Source of the DNA: a virus
Taxonomy: Duplodnaviria; Caudoviricetes
Length of the DNA stretch: 51,554 nucleotides
Virus record (IMG/VR): IMGVR_UViG_3300031920_000173
Coordinates: 1-51,554 of that record
Strand: one strand, 5' to 3'
Within the stretch, counting starts at the first letter, position 1; each line of letters begins with the position of its first letter. Below are positions 39,250-47,958 of the stretch, one piece after another. Position numbers and translations under genes: made by a program. Below the pieces are notes generated by a model. It ran no database searches. It had not been told where the DNA came from and was given only the letters and a program-made list of their open reading frames with translations.

Positions 39250-41646
39250 TTATTGTAATGTACTTTTCTTTTTAATTAATAAACTACCATTAGGTGAACT
39301 TGTTACAGTACCATCACCCTCTGTTCTAAATGTTGCTAAAGTAAGAACATCATTAGCTGTTATCGATATAATAATTGATGGAATACTATTACTATTTGCC
39401 GATCCCGATCTTGATGTCCAACTACCTGATGCAGTTACATTAATAACTGTTGTGTTATTTAATATTATATTTGCACCAATAGCAGCATCATTGTTTGTCT
39501 CTGAATTATATGGTATATTATAACTTATTTCATAAACTCCGGTTTCTAAAATAGTAACATCAGTACCACCTGTAAAACTGTAAGATGAACCACTTATATC
39601 AACAATATTCCAATCAATTGCTGTTGCAATAATTGTATTAAGATCAGTTCCACCTGTATGAATTAAAAAGATTTCATTAGATGCTGTATTTGCAGTATAA
39701 CCTGTGAATATTGAAGTATCTAATTTTGTAGCAGTTTCAGCAGATAAAGATGTAATATCAGATTCAATACCATTTAATCTTGTTTCAGTTGTACCAGTAT
39801 ATGAATTAAATAAAGTTAAATCAGTTTTACTGTTTAATGCCGTTGCAAGTGTACCACTTGAAATATCCACATTAAAGGTATCACCTGTCCACGCAATTGA
39901 ATTACCAGCTAAACTTGCACCATCCACTGAAATAGTGTTTCCACTAATATCAATTCCAACACCCGCAATTAATTCATGAGGTGTGCTAAATAATGTAAAT
40001 TCAAGTTCAGTTGTACCTATTGTAATTGGATCAGGTGTAACTAATATCCATACTGTATTATATTGTGTATCACCAGTTAATACCGGAACAATATTACCAT
40101 CAGTTACTTCACCATCCGGAGTACCATCAAAGTCAGTAGAACGTATAAAAGTACTTGCACTACTAACATAATCATATATACCATTTTCTTCACCAAGTGT
40201 TTGATCTTTAACTAAAATCCTATCACCATTTAAAACAGTATAACCATCAACAGTACCACCAAAAGTACCACCAGTAAGATCAATATCTGTGGTTGTTGCT
40301 GCTTGAACAGTTGCTTTTGGTATTAAACCAGATGCTACAACATCAACATATCTTTTAGTTACTAGAGATTCATTTGTGAAATTTAGTGAATAATCACCAT
40401 TATATTCAAGACCTTTAGGTGTTCCTCTACCATCTGTAACTAATAATTGTGTTTCACTTATTGTTAATTTAGTTACTGGTACTGAAAGTGAAGTATTACC
40501 AACAATTTCAATACTACCACCATCAGATTCAATATTTATACCATTACTACCTGTATCTAAAATATCAATCACACCTATTGATTGTAATGTAATATCAGAA
40601 ACATTAACAGTGAAATCATATGATGTACCACTTATTGTCGTATCTTGAGTTAATACACCACCTAATAATACGTCCCTACCTGAAACAGTAAGTCCATTAC
40701 TTGCACCAGTTAATGCTATTTCAGTTATTCCAGACATTACATCAATATCTGATTCAATACCTTGTAATCTTGTTTCTGTAGTACCAGTATATGAATTAAA
40801 TATTGACGTATCTAATTTATTTGTTGTTGCTGCAGATATTGTAGCTATATCAGATGTGTTAGTATCTGTTTGTCCTGATACAGTATTAATATCAGTTTCA
40901 ATATTAGTTAATCTCGTATCAGTTGTTGCCGTATATCCAGTAAATAATTCAATTGGTGTTCCACCTGTTGCAGTACCACCAGTAAGATCAGAAATAGAAT
41001 ATCCACTATCTTCTAAATTACCATCACCTATAAACGTACCTACATTTCCAGTTGCGCCAGTTACCTTATCAATTTTATTCTCAGTTTCTGCAGATACAGT
41101 TGCAATATCTGTAGTATTTGTATCCGTTTGAGCCGATACTGTTGCAATATCTGTTGTATTGGTATCAGTTTGTCCGGATACCGTATCAAGATCAGTTTCA
41201 ATATTAACTAAACGAGTATCAGTTGCTGCAGTATAGGCATTAAATACTACATATGACACACCTGAACTACTACCAGTAATATCAGCAATAGAATAACCAC
41301 TATCTTGTATATTACCATTAGCTAAAAATGTTGCAATACTATCAGTTGCACCAGTTAATTTATCTATTTTATTTTCAGTAATCCCGGTCACATAACCAAC
41401 AGTAGCATTATCTTGTGGTGTTACAGGGGGTGCTGTATATTCTAACCATGCATAAATATTACTATCTATATTAGGTATTACAGTTGTACCTCCAGTCACT
41501 CTCCATAAATAAAGGGGTTGAGTTTTTGGTATAATAAAATCACTGCTTAATGATGATTCAGTACCACCTGTTGATGTGTCTGTAGGACTTTCACGAACAA
41601 TGGTGTTACCAAAATCCGTTCTATAAATTAAAAATCTAAATGCCAT
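39250..41646 (-). CDS. Tail-fibre protein (coiled-coil repeats, RILVKDQT..ENGIY module, C1q/BclA-like tip)
   Basis: 14-aa TVSxQTDTNTTDIA repeats, a conserved fibre module and a C-terminal beta domain. Confidence 0.75.
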   Translation of the reverse strand: MAFRFLIYRTDFGNTIVRESPTDTSTGGTESSLSSDFIIPKTQPLYLWRVTGGTTVIPNIDSNIYAWLEYTAPPVTPQDNATVGYVTGITENKIDKLTGATDSIATFLANGNIQDSGYSIADITGSSSGVSYVVFNAYTAATDTRLVNIETDLDTVSGQTDTNTTDIATVSAQTDTNTTDIATVSAETENKIDKVTGATGNVGTFIGDGNLEDSGYSISDLTGGTATGGTPIELFTGYTATTDTRLTNIETDINTVSGQTDTNTSDIATISAATTNKLDTSIFNSYTGTTETRLQGIESDIDVMSGITEIALTGASNGLTVSGRDVLLGGVLTQDTTISGTSYDFTVNVSDITLQSIGVIDILDTGSNGINIESDGGSIEIVGNTSLSVPVTKLTISETQLLVTDGRGTPKGLEYNGDYSLNFTNESLVTKRYVDVVASGLIPKATVQAATTTDIDLTGGTFGGTVDGYTVLNGDRILVKDQTLGEENGIYDYVSSASTFIRSTDFDGTPDGEVTDGNIVPVLTGDTQYNTVWILVTPDPITIGTTELEFTLFSTPHELIAGVGIDISGNTISVDGASLAGNSIAWTGDTFNVDISSGTLATALNSKTDLTLFNSYTGTTETRLNGIESDITSLSAETATKLDTSIFTGYTANTASNEIFLIHTGGTDLNTIIATAIDWNIVDISGSSYSFTGGTDVTILETGVYEISYNIPYNSETNNDAAIGANIILNNTTVINVTASGSWTSRSGSANSNSIPSIIISITANDVLTLATFRTEGDGTVTSSPNGSLLIKKKSTLQ

Positions 41647-41666
41647 TTTTTTTTATTTTTTATATA

Positions 41667-42698
41667 TTATTTTTTTAACATTCTAAACCAAGAACCATTT
41701 TCAACTGTGTAAACTTCACCACTTAAACCGATTCTAAATCCAACAACTTCAATGTAATCACCTGCATCTAAAGAAACAGTATATACGGGCATTATATTAG
41801 TGCCTGAATCGTTTTGGAAATTTAACATTACTGATGTACTACTCATTGGTGTAACATCTTCATTAGCGTTCTTTCTAACTACAGTACCAATATTCTTACC
41901 ACTACCTGTATCATTATTAACATTTAATACATATGATATATCATAATCATTCTTTTCTTGTATATAAATACGAGAACCACCTGTATAACTCAAAGATGTT
42001 CCAGAAAAAACCTCTGTTGACCAGTCAATTGGTGATGCTGTTACATTATTAATACTTTGACCACCAATCTCATCAATTAATTGCATGGTTGCATTTGATG
42101 TGAAACCTGTTACACTAATCACATTACCGGATAATGATATACCATTACCTGCAATTAGTTGATCTTGTTTTGTGTTAATAAGTGATAATGTTGTTGCGGT
42201 ATAACCACTAAAATAGGTCCAATTAACATATGTATCTGGTGCGGTTGTTCCAGTATAATCATTAAAAGCACTTGTATCTACCTTACTATCTAAATCAGTT
42301 ATATATGCAATAGTACCATCTGAATCCTGTACTTTTAATTTTCTAAATCCACCACTTGTTAATCCGGAAACATCAAACTCAATCCCCTTACTGTTATCAG
42401 TAGCATCTATTATTTGAAAATTATCTGATGTGAAAAACGAAGGTATGTCACCTAATCTTCTCCAAACAGAACCGTTTGAAAAATAAAGACCTGCTTCTTT
42501 TCTATTTAATACATAATCACCACTGCTCGTCCTTACAACATATATTTTACCTGCTTCACTTGCGGGTGATGGTAAATCTGAATATAAATTAACTTCAGGA
42601 TATGTTGATCCGCTTGTTGGTGTACTTCCACTACCAGTAAAATCACCAGTAAAAAGATAAACTTGTCCTGTTAATAAATCAATTGTAAAGGTTGCCAT
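41667..42698 (-). CDS. Tail-fibre-like protein with a C1q/BclA-like C-terminus
   Basis: KQDQLIAGNGISLSGNVIS; YDISY...VSLDAGDYIEV. Confidence 0.65.
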   Translation of the reverse strand: MATFTIDLLTGQVYLFTGDFTGSGSTPTSGSTYPEVNLYSDLPSPASEAGKIYVVRTSSGDYVLNRKEAGLYFSNGSVWRRLGDIPSFFTSDNFQIIDATDNSKGIEFDVSGLTSGGFRKLKVQDSDGTIAYITDLDSKVDTSAFNDYTGTTAPDTYVNWTYFSGYTATTLSLINTKQDQLIAGNGISLSGNVISVTGFTSNATMQLIDEIGGQSINNVTASPIDWSTEVFSGTSLSYTGGSRIYIQEKNDYDISYVLNVNNDTGSGKNIGTVVRKNANEDVTPMSSTSVMLNFQNDSGTNIMPVYTVSLDAGDYIEVVGFRIGLSGEVYTVENGSWFRMLKK

Positions 42699-42711
42699 TT
42701 ATATGCTTTTA

Positions 42712-42720
42712 CATAAATAC
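42712..42720 (-). promoter_or_regulatory. Putative late promoter variant GTATTTATG
   Basis: 13 nt upstream of start at 42698. Confidence 0.65.
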
Positions 42721-42758
42721 TGAAAAGATTTATAAGTAATTTAAATAATAGAAATTTA

Positions 42759-42995
42759 TTATTCATATGTGTATGATCCTCTTAAACTCCATTTAAAGGA
42801 GAAACTCTGATCACCATTTGGATATTCAATTGTTGTTACACCAGTATTTAAAGACACCCTTTTTATTCTCCACTGAGGTGCATTAACATCCGACTGACCA
42901 GATATGCCAGAATAAGATGTATTCGGTTGAGCAGTAACCTCATCTGTAAATTCATAAGTTTCGTAAACGAAATCATTTCTATTCATATTATTCAT
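42759..42995 (-). CDS. Small hypothetical protein (paralogue of 43007..43252)
   Basis: Shared WRI..PNGDQ.F...WS.R..Y.Y motif. Confidence 0.65.
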   Translation of the reverse strand: MNNMNRNDFVYETYEFTDEVTAQPNTSYSGISGQSDVNAPQWRIKRVSLNTGVTTIEYPNGDQSFSFKWSLRGSYTYE

Positions 42996-43006
42996 AATAC
43001 ACTATT

Positions 43007-43252
43007 TTATTGTTTATATATATAACCAAATCTACCTGACCAAATGTACTTAAAATCTTGATCACCATTAGGGAAACCAAAATGCCAAACATTACCTATC
43101 TGATATATTTTTTGGATTCTCCAATTAGGTTTAGATTCATCAGAAAAACTTCTTGATGTACCAACATAATATTCTGTTGAAGAAACTTCATCAATTAACC
43201 TTGCGGGTAATATTTGATGGTGTTGTACATTTTCATTTAAATCAGGATTCAT
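43007..43252 (-). CDS. Small hypothetical protein (paralogue of 42759..42995)
   Basis: Shared WRI..PNGDQ.F...WS.R..Y.Y motif. Confidence 0.65.
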   Translation of the reverse strand: MNPDLNENVQHHQILPARLIDEVSSTEYYVGTSRSFSDESKPNWRIQKIYQIGNVWHFGFPNGDQDFKYIWSGRFGYIYKQ

Positions 43253-43262
43253 AATTCTTTAT

Positions 43263-43271
43263 TATAAATAC
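43263..43271 (-). promoter_or_regulatory. Putative late promoter GTATTTATA
   Basis: 10 nt upstream of start at 43252. Confidence 0.7.
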
Positions 43272-43278
43272 TTTAATA

Positions 43279-43617
43279 TTATAAATTCCAAACATCACCA
43301 ATCATACATGGTTGATTTTCATCAGCAGCATGATAACAATCATGAATTCTTGATCTTGCTGTTTCTAATAAACTAGTATTATCTGTGTATTTTTGTTTTA
43401 ACCAAGCATGAAATGTATTAGCATCAGAAGCATCATTAAAATCAACATTAACACCAATAGTAAATTTACCTTCTTCATTAACACCATCATTAATTTCACA
43501 AAAATGTGTAGAATATCCAGATGCTTGTGCAAGAATTTCATTTTTAATGTCTTTTATTTCCTGTTCAGTTGCACCACTTGTTGATTGTGTGTTACTTTGT
43601 ATTACTCTATGTGCCAT
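43279..43617 (-). CDS. Hypothetical protein
   Basis: 112-aa ORF with a C-terminal HDCYH..C cluster and its own promoter motif. Confidence 0.55.
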   Translation of the reverse strand: MAHRVIQSNTQSTSGATEQEIKDIKNEILAQASGYSTHFCEINDGVNEEGKFTIGVNVDFNDASDANTFHAWLKQKYTDNTSLLETARSRIHDCYHAADENQPCMIGDVWNL

Positions 43618-43633
43618 AGTTTTTTAATTTATA

Positions 43634-43642
43634 TATAAATAC
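43634..43642 (-). promoter_or_regulatory. Putative late promoter GTATTTATA
   Basis: 16 nt upstream of start at 43617. Confidence 0.7.
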
Positions 43643-43653
43643 GTTTTATTTTT

Positions 43654-44430
43654 TTAATATCTGAAGTTTTTATATGATAATCCATACCCTGAATTATATA
43701 ATCTATCTACATCTCCCTGTGTTAAAACCTTATTCCATATACCAACTTCATCAACTTTACCTTTAAAGGGCCAATCTGCATCAGTATTATTACCTGCTCC
43801 TATTTGTAAATTAGAATTGGAAGGATATAATGATGTGGGTTCTGGTCCTTGATCAATTACTTTCGTTACAGTTTTACTAACACCATTAATAAATATTTGA
43901 CCAATTCCAACTACATTATATTCCCATGTAAATACGACATGTAACCATTCATTTTGTCGAGTTTCATCTACTTGATAAAAACTACGAGCATGTACATTAC
44001 CAGCGTAAGTAAAAATCCAAAAGGCTAAATTATTTGTTTCAATTGTTGGATTATATAATAAAGCAAATGTCCTTTCTGTATAATTATTTACTGGAGTACC
44101 ATTACTTTTATTTATAGGACTTCCAACAGCCGTTATATTATCAGGATATATCCAACATGAAACAGATAGTGTAGTTAAATTATCTAAAAATGTTACATCA
44201 CCGAAATTTAGATAATCATCAATACCATCATAATAATAACAATCATTTAGTATACCTGTTTGACCACTTGTCGCACCTATTATAAGACCATTATTTTTTC
44301 TATGTATATCATTAGCATTATGATCAAAATCCCAATACGACTGTAAATCATTAAATAAGGAATTTTGATCTATATATATTTCACTTTGATTTTTCTGTAA
44401 TATTTTATTATTATATTGTAGTAATTTCAT
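43654..44430 (-). CDS. LamG / concanavalin A-like lectin-domain protein
   Basis: YWDFD, SVSCWIYP, WLHVVFTW, FING, IGA..FKGKVDEVGIWNKVLT. Confidence 0.9.
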   Translation of the reverse strand: MKLLQYNNKILQKNQSEIYIDQNSLFNDLQSYWDFDHNANDIHRKNNGLIIGATSGQTGILNDCYYYDGIDDYLNFGDVTFLDNLTTLSVSCWIYPDNITAVGSPINKSNGTPVNNYTERTFALLYNPTIETNNLAFWIFTYAGNVHARSFYQVDETRQNEWLHVVFTWEYNVVGIGQIFINGVSKTVTKVIDQGPEPTSLYPSNSNLQIGAGNNTDADWPFKGKVDEVGIWNKVLTQGDVDRLYNSGYGLSYKNFRY

Positions 44431-44435
44431 ATATC

Positions 44436-44966
44436 TTATTCAATAAATTTTTCCATTCTAATATATGTATCAACAACACCACTTCCCCATGTTGATGATG
44501 TTATATATATTATTTGACTTGATGTTGTACTAAATATACTTGTGCCTATAGCACCGTCAACCAATGCACTTGCGCCAACAGTATCTGCATTAATTATATC
44601 AGTTCCTCCTGATGTTATGCCAACACTAATATCACCAACAGCATTTCCAGATGTTTCATTAAATACTATTGAAACTATTCTAAATTTAGCAGGTATAACA
44701 GTATCTGTGTTTGCAGTCGTTCCAGATATTTGAATAAAATCAGTTAAATCAAAAACAACAGTTTCAGAAGATATTCCTGAATCAGAAACTTTACCACCTG
44801 CTTCAAATTTTGTTAAATTATCCTCAATACCTTCTCGGACATATAACGTTGCACCACTTTTAATATCCATTTCACCATATATATCAGTATCACCTGATAA
44901 ACTTAAAGTATCACCAATGAATTGTTCGAATAAATTATTATTTAAATTAGGTTTTGTATCTCTCAT
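44436..44966 (-). CDS. Hypothetical virion protein
   Basis: 176-aa beta-rich ORF in the fibre cluster. Confidence 0.55.
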   Translation of the reverse strand: MRDTKPNLNNNLFEQFIGDTLSLSGDTDIYGEMDIKSGATLYVREGIEDNLTKFEAGGKVSDSGISSETVVFDLTDFIQISGTTANTDTVIPAKFRIVSIVFNETSGNAVGDISVGITSGGTDIINADTVGASALVDGAIGTSIFSTTSSQIIYITSSTWGSGVVDTYIRMEKFIE

Positions 44967-44993
44967 ATTAGTACTATTATTTCCATTACATTA

Positions 44994-45743
44994 TTATAAA
45001 TTCAATATTTCTTGATATAGATAATGATTAAATAAATCAATATAAAAATCTTTTTTAAATATGTCACTATATCCACCCATTTGAGATGTAATAATTGGTA
45101 AACACATGAAAATATTTTTATCTAAATCAGATTGAACATATCTAACCAACCAATTATCAAATAAATCATTAGCTTCATCATCTACCGTAGTAACACCACT
45201 AAATTGCGAAATTATCTGATCAAACATTGTATTTTTAATACCAAGTGAATGTGTCATTTTTAATTGACCACCATTTAATTTTATTAAATTATCTGAATAT
45301 TTTTGATAATGATCCAAATCTATTAAATAACTCATCACGTTTTCAGGAGCATTATATTCATTTGGTACTCCATCTGGATAAAATTCTTCCGGATAATATT
45401 CTTTACTCATTAAAAATGATAAAGCACTTAAATAAAATAAATCCCAATTTTCAGGTATTTGATTAGTTGCACCTGATAATATTTCAAGTGCATTATCTTC
45501 GAAAATAACATCATCTTCTAATAATAATATTTTTTCATATCCATTTGCTTTAGCATCATATATTATATCTAATACAGCATTATTATGTCCTATATTCGGT
45601 TCTTCATGAACTATACCGTCCACTTTTTGAACCATACCTTCAATACCTAATTGAGTGAAACCAGATAACGCACTATCCCATCGATCAGTTCTTGATGGAA
45701 GATTTATACAATATATTTTATCAAAATATTCAAAAGAATTCAT
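44994..45743 (-). CDS. Glycosyltransferase family 25-like
   Basis: IYCINL..RTDRW, ILLLEDDV.F, WDLFYL, Q..GYSDI. Confidence 0.85.
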   Translation of the reverse strand: MNSFEYFDKIYCINLPSRTDRWDSALSGFTQLGIEGMVQKVDGIVHEEPNIGHNNAVLDIIYDAKANGYEKILLLEDDVIFEDNALEILSGATNQIPENWDLFYLSALSFLMSKEYYPEEFYPDGVPNEYNAPENVMSYLIDLDHYQKYSDNLIKLNGGQLKMTHSLGIKNTMFDQIISQFSGVTTVDDEANDLFDNWLVRYVQSDLDKNIFMCLPIITSQMGGYSDIFKKDFYIDLFNHYLYQEILNL

Positions 45744-45777
45744 ATTTATTATTTTATATTATTTTATTAATTTATTA

Positions 45778-46845
45778 TTAAACAATACAACTACATATAC
45801 TATGTAACACATCAAATGATGAACCATTATAATATATATCAACATCATAATTCCACGAACCACCATTTAGAGATGGTATACAATAAAATTCAGTGTTTGC
45901 TGAATTTCTAAATATATATCTCAATGAAGAAGAATCTCCATTACACGTGTGTAAATGAAAACAAGCATGTGTATTGGTAACCTGATAATTATCCAAATCA
46001 ATAAAAAGACATGAAGTTATATAGTTAGTTGTTGAACAATAGAACACACAAGAATCAGGTCTTGCTACTGGAGTATATATATAATTGGTTGATGATGTTG
46101 TTGTTACAGTATATTTATTTAATTCTGTTTGAACTAAACCAGAATTTTTTACATAACAAGTAATATTTAAACAATTTGAAATAAAACAACCAGTAACATA
46201 TCCACATGTTGTTGTGAAATATGGTGAATATAAACCAGTTGTACCACAAACAGTTGGTGAATTAACACAGGTAGTAGCACATGATATAGCAGTTCTAACA
46301 CAAGTAGTTGCACATGCTATTGGTGACTGTATACGAGTTGTACCACATGATATGGCAGTAGTAACACAAGTACCACCACTTATTATTGGTGATTTCACAC
46401 TAACTGTTGCACATGATACCCCTGTTCTAACACAAGCAGTACCACAAAAAACTGATGATTGCATACAATCACCACCCCCAAATAGATATAATTTTGAACC
46501 ATCAAAGGTTAAATTAGATTGAGCACAAACAGTACTATCATCCACATATGTAGCAATACCATTAGCGGTTGATCCACTCCATGCAAGAGCACCACTACTA
46601 CCACCAGTTAATTCAGATAAACAATATGATCCAGTAACATCACTTAATATCATATTATTTGATGTATCAGCACTTAAATTAACAGTAGTTCCACTAATAT
46701 TTGAAATTACATATTCATCACCATTTGTGTCTTTTATTGTTAGTTTATCATTTTTAAAATATATAAGACCATAATTATCATATTGTATAATTTCAGGTGT
46801 TGCTGTTAAATTTTTTAATGATATGGGGGTATATAATTTATCCAT
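45778..46845 (-). CDS. Cys-rich fibre-like protein with seven 11-aa repeats
   Basis: 25 Cys in 355 aa; QSNLTFDGS fibre motif; CVRTAISCATT-type repeats. Confidence 0.65.
   Translation of the reverse strand: MDKLYTPISLKNLTATPEIIQYDNYGLIYFKNDKLTIKDTNGDEYVISNISGTTVNLSADTSNNMILSDVTGSYCLSELTGGSSGALAWSGSTANGIATYVDDSTVCAQSNLTFDGSKLYLFGGGDCMQSSVFCGTACVRTGVSCATVSVKSPIISGGTCVTTAISCGTTRIQSPIACATTCVRTAISCATTCVNSPTVCGTTGLYSPYFTTTCGYVTGCFISNCLNITCYVKNSGLVQTELNKYTVTTTSSTNYIYTPVARPDSCVFYCSTTNYITSCLFIDLDNYQVTNTHACFHLHTCNGDSSSLRYIFRNSANTEFYCIPSLNGGSWNYDVDIYYNGSSFDVLHSICSCIV
46237..46467 (-). repeat. Degenerate 33-bp (11-aa) tandem repeat, 7 units
   Basis: CMQSSVFCGTA/CVRTGVSCATV/SVKSPIISGGT/CVTTAISCGTT/RIQSPIACATT/CVRTAISCATT/CVNSPTVCGTT. 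Confidence 0.8.
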
Positions 46846-46871
46846 TTTATATAGTATTTTATTTGTTTATA

Positions 46872-46880
46872 TATAAATAC
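46872..46880 (-). promoter_or_regulatory. Putative late promoter GTATTTATA
   Basis: 26 nt upstream of start at 46845. Confidence 0.7.
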
Positions 46881-46909
46881 TTTTAGATGAATAAAAATAT
46901 ATTAATATT

Positions 46910-47821
46910 TTATTTTTGGTTCTGTACAGATGTAATTATTTGATTAATATCAAATAAATTTACAGTACTATATGGAAATTGTTGTACTTGACCTGAAATA
47001 TCAAATTGATCCAAATATGAAAATTTATTAAATTGTTTTTGGACCTCAATATTTGGTAATATATTATCATGCATTTCATAACCAAATACTTCAGGTTTAT
47101 TAGCAATCCAACAAACTGTAGACGGTAAATTTAATGCTGCTGCAACATGTTGTGCAAAAGAATCGATAAAAATTCTTTTTTTAGATAATAAAAAAACAGC
47201 ATATAATTCTCTAAATGGTAAATTAAGTACTTCAACACCTTGTAATTCTGGTTGATCCGGTCTTCTTATATGTAAAATACGATAACTTTTTGAATAATAA
47301 TTTACCAATTTCTGTGCAATATCCATTGGCATATCTCTTGCCCATGATTTTTTAGAATATTGACCACCACCACCACCATGTGTTTGTAATAACATTATTG
47401 GTTTACCTGAATCTGGTTTTATTTTATCTCTCGCTATTTCAATTTCACGTGGATTTACATATAATTCAGGTAATGAACCATCAAAGGGAATATCATACAT
47501 ATCACACCAACTTTGGGTTAAATGTTTTTTTTGTAAAATATGATCTTCACTAAAATAAACTTCCTGTCTAAAAATTTTAACATCTTTTGAATTTATATAA
47601 TCATCAAAAAAATATTTCATTTCATTAAACGCATAAAAACGATAAATATTATCATTACCAAATGCAGGTCCATCCCAAGGGGTAACCCAAATCAATTTTC
47701 TATCTGGATATTTTTTCTTAATTGCTCTAATAACTGCGGTAGCCATACACATTTTTCCATGTCCCCCCTCTGAATGAAAAATTAAATACTTATCTTCTTT
47801 ATTAATTTTATCTTTTGACAT
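46910..47821 (-). CDS. GT9 / heptosyltransferase-like glycosyltransferase (start revised to ATG at 47821)
   Basis: GGHGK.CMATAVIRAIKKKYP; IDSFAQHVAAALN.P..V.W. The track's start at 47899 lies upstream of the promoter motif and abuts a terminator. Confidence 0.75.
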   Translation of the reverse strand: MSKDKINKEDKYLIFHSEGGHGKMCMATAVIRAIKKKYPDRKLIWVTPWDGPAFGNDNIYRFYAFNEMKYFFDDYINSKDVKIFRQEVYFSEDHILQKKHLTQSWCDMYDIPFDGSLPELYVNPREIEIARDKIKPDSGKPIMLLQTHGGGGGQYSKKSWARDMPMDIAQKLVNYYSKSYRILHIRRPDQPELQGVEVLNLPFRELYAVFLLSKKRIFIDSFAQHVAAALNLPSTVCWIANKPEVFGYEMHDNILPNIEVQKQFNKFSYLDQFDISGQVQQFPYSTVNLFDINQIITSVQNQK

Positions 47822-47860
47822 ATATATCTTAATTAAATAATATAATTTTTTATATTTTTT

Positions 47861-47869
47861 TATAAATAC
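47861..47869 (-). promoter_or_regulatory. Putative late promoter GTATTTATA
   Basis: 39 nt upstream of ATG at 47821, just downstream of a terminator. Confidence 0.7.
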
Positions 47870-47900
47870 TAATATAAGATGAAAAAACCACAAAATCAAG

Positions 47901-47936
47901 AAAAAAAAAAATGGGGATTTTTTACAATCCCCATTT
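47901..47936 (-). terminator. Rho-independent terminator
   Basis: AAATGGGGATT-6 nt loop-AATCCCCATTT stem with a long U run on the minus strand, after the large fibre gene. Confidence 0.9.
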
Positions 47937-47958
47937 CTATATTTTATTTTTGTTATTA

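Noticed and set aside
47822-47899. N-terminal hydrophobic extension (MILWFFHLILVF) on the GT9-like ORF, suggesting a signal peptide
   Set aside because: It results from choosing an upstream TTG; the segment spans the promoter motif and abuts the terminator, so ATG at 47821 is the more plausible start
19329-47958. tRNA or other structured RNA genes, expected near a CCA-adding enzyme
   Set aside because: Intergenic gaps are short and AT-rich, and no cloverleaf or T-loop signature was seen by eye; tRNAscan-SE or Infernal would be needed to exclude them formally
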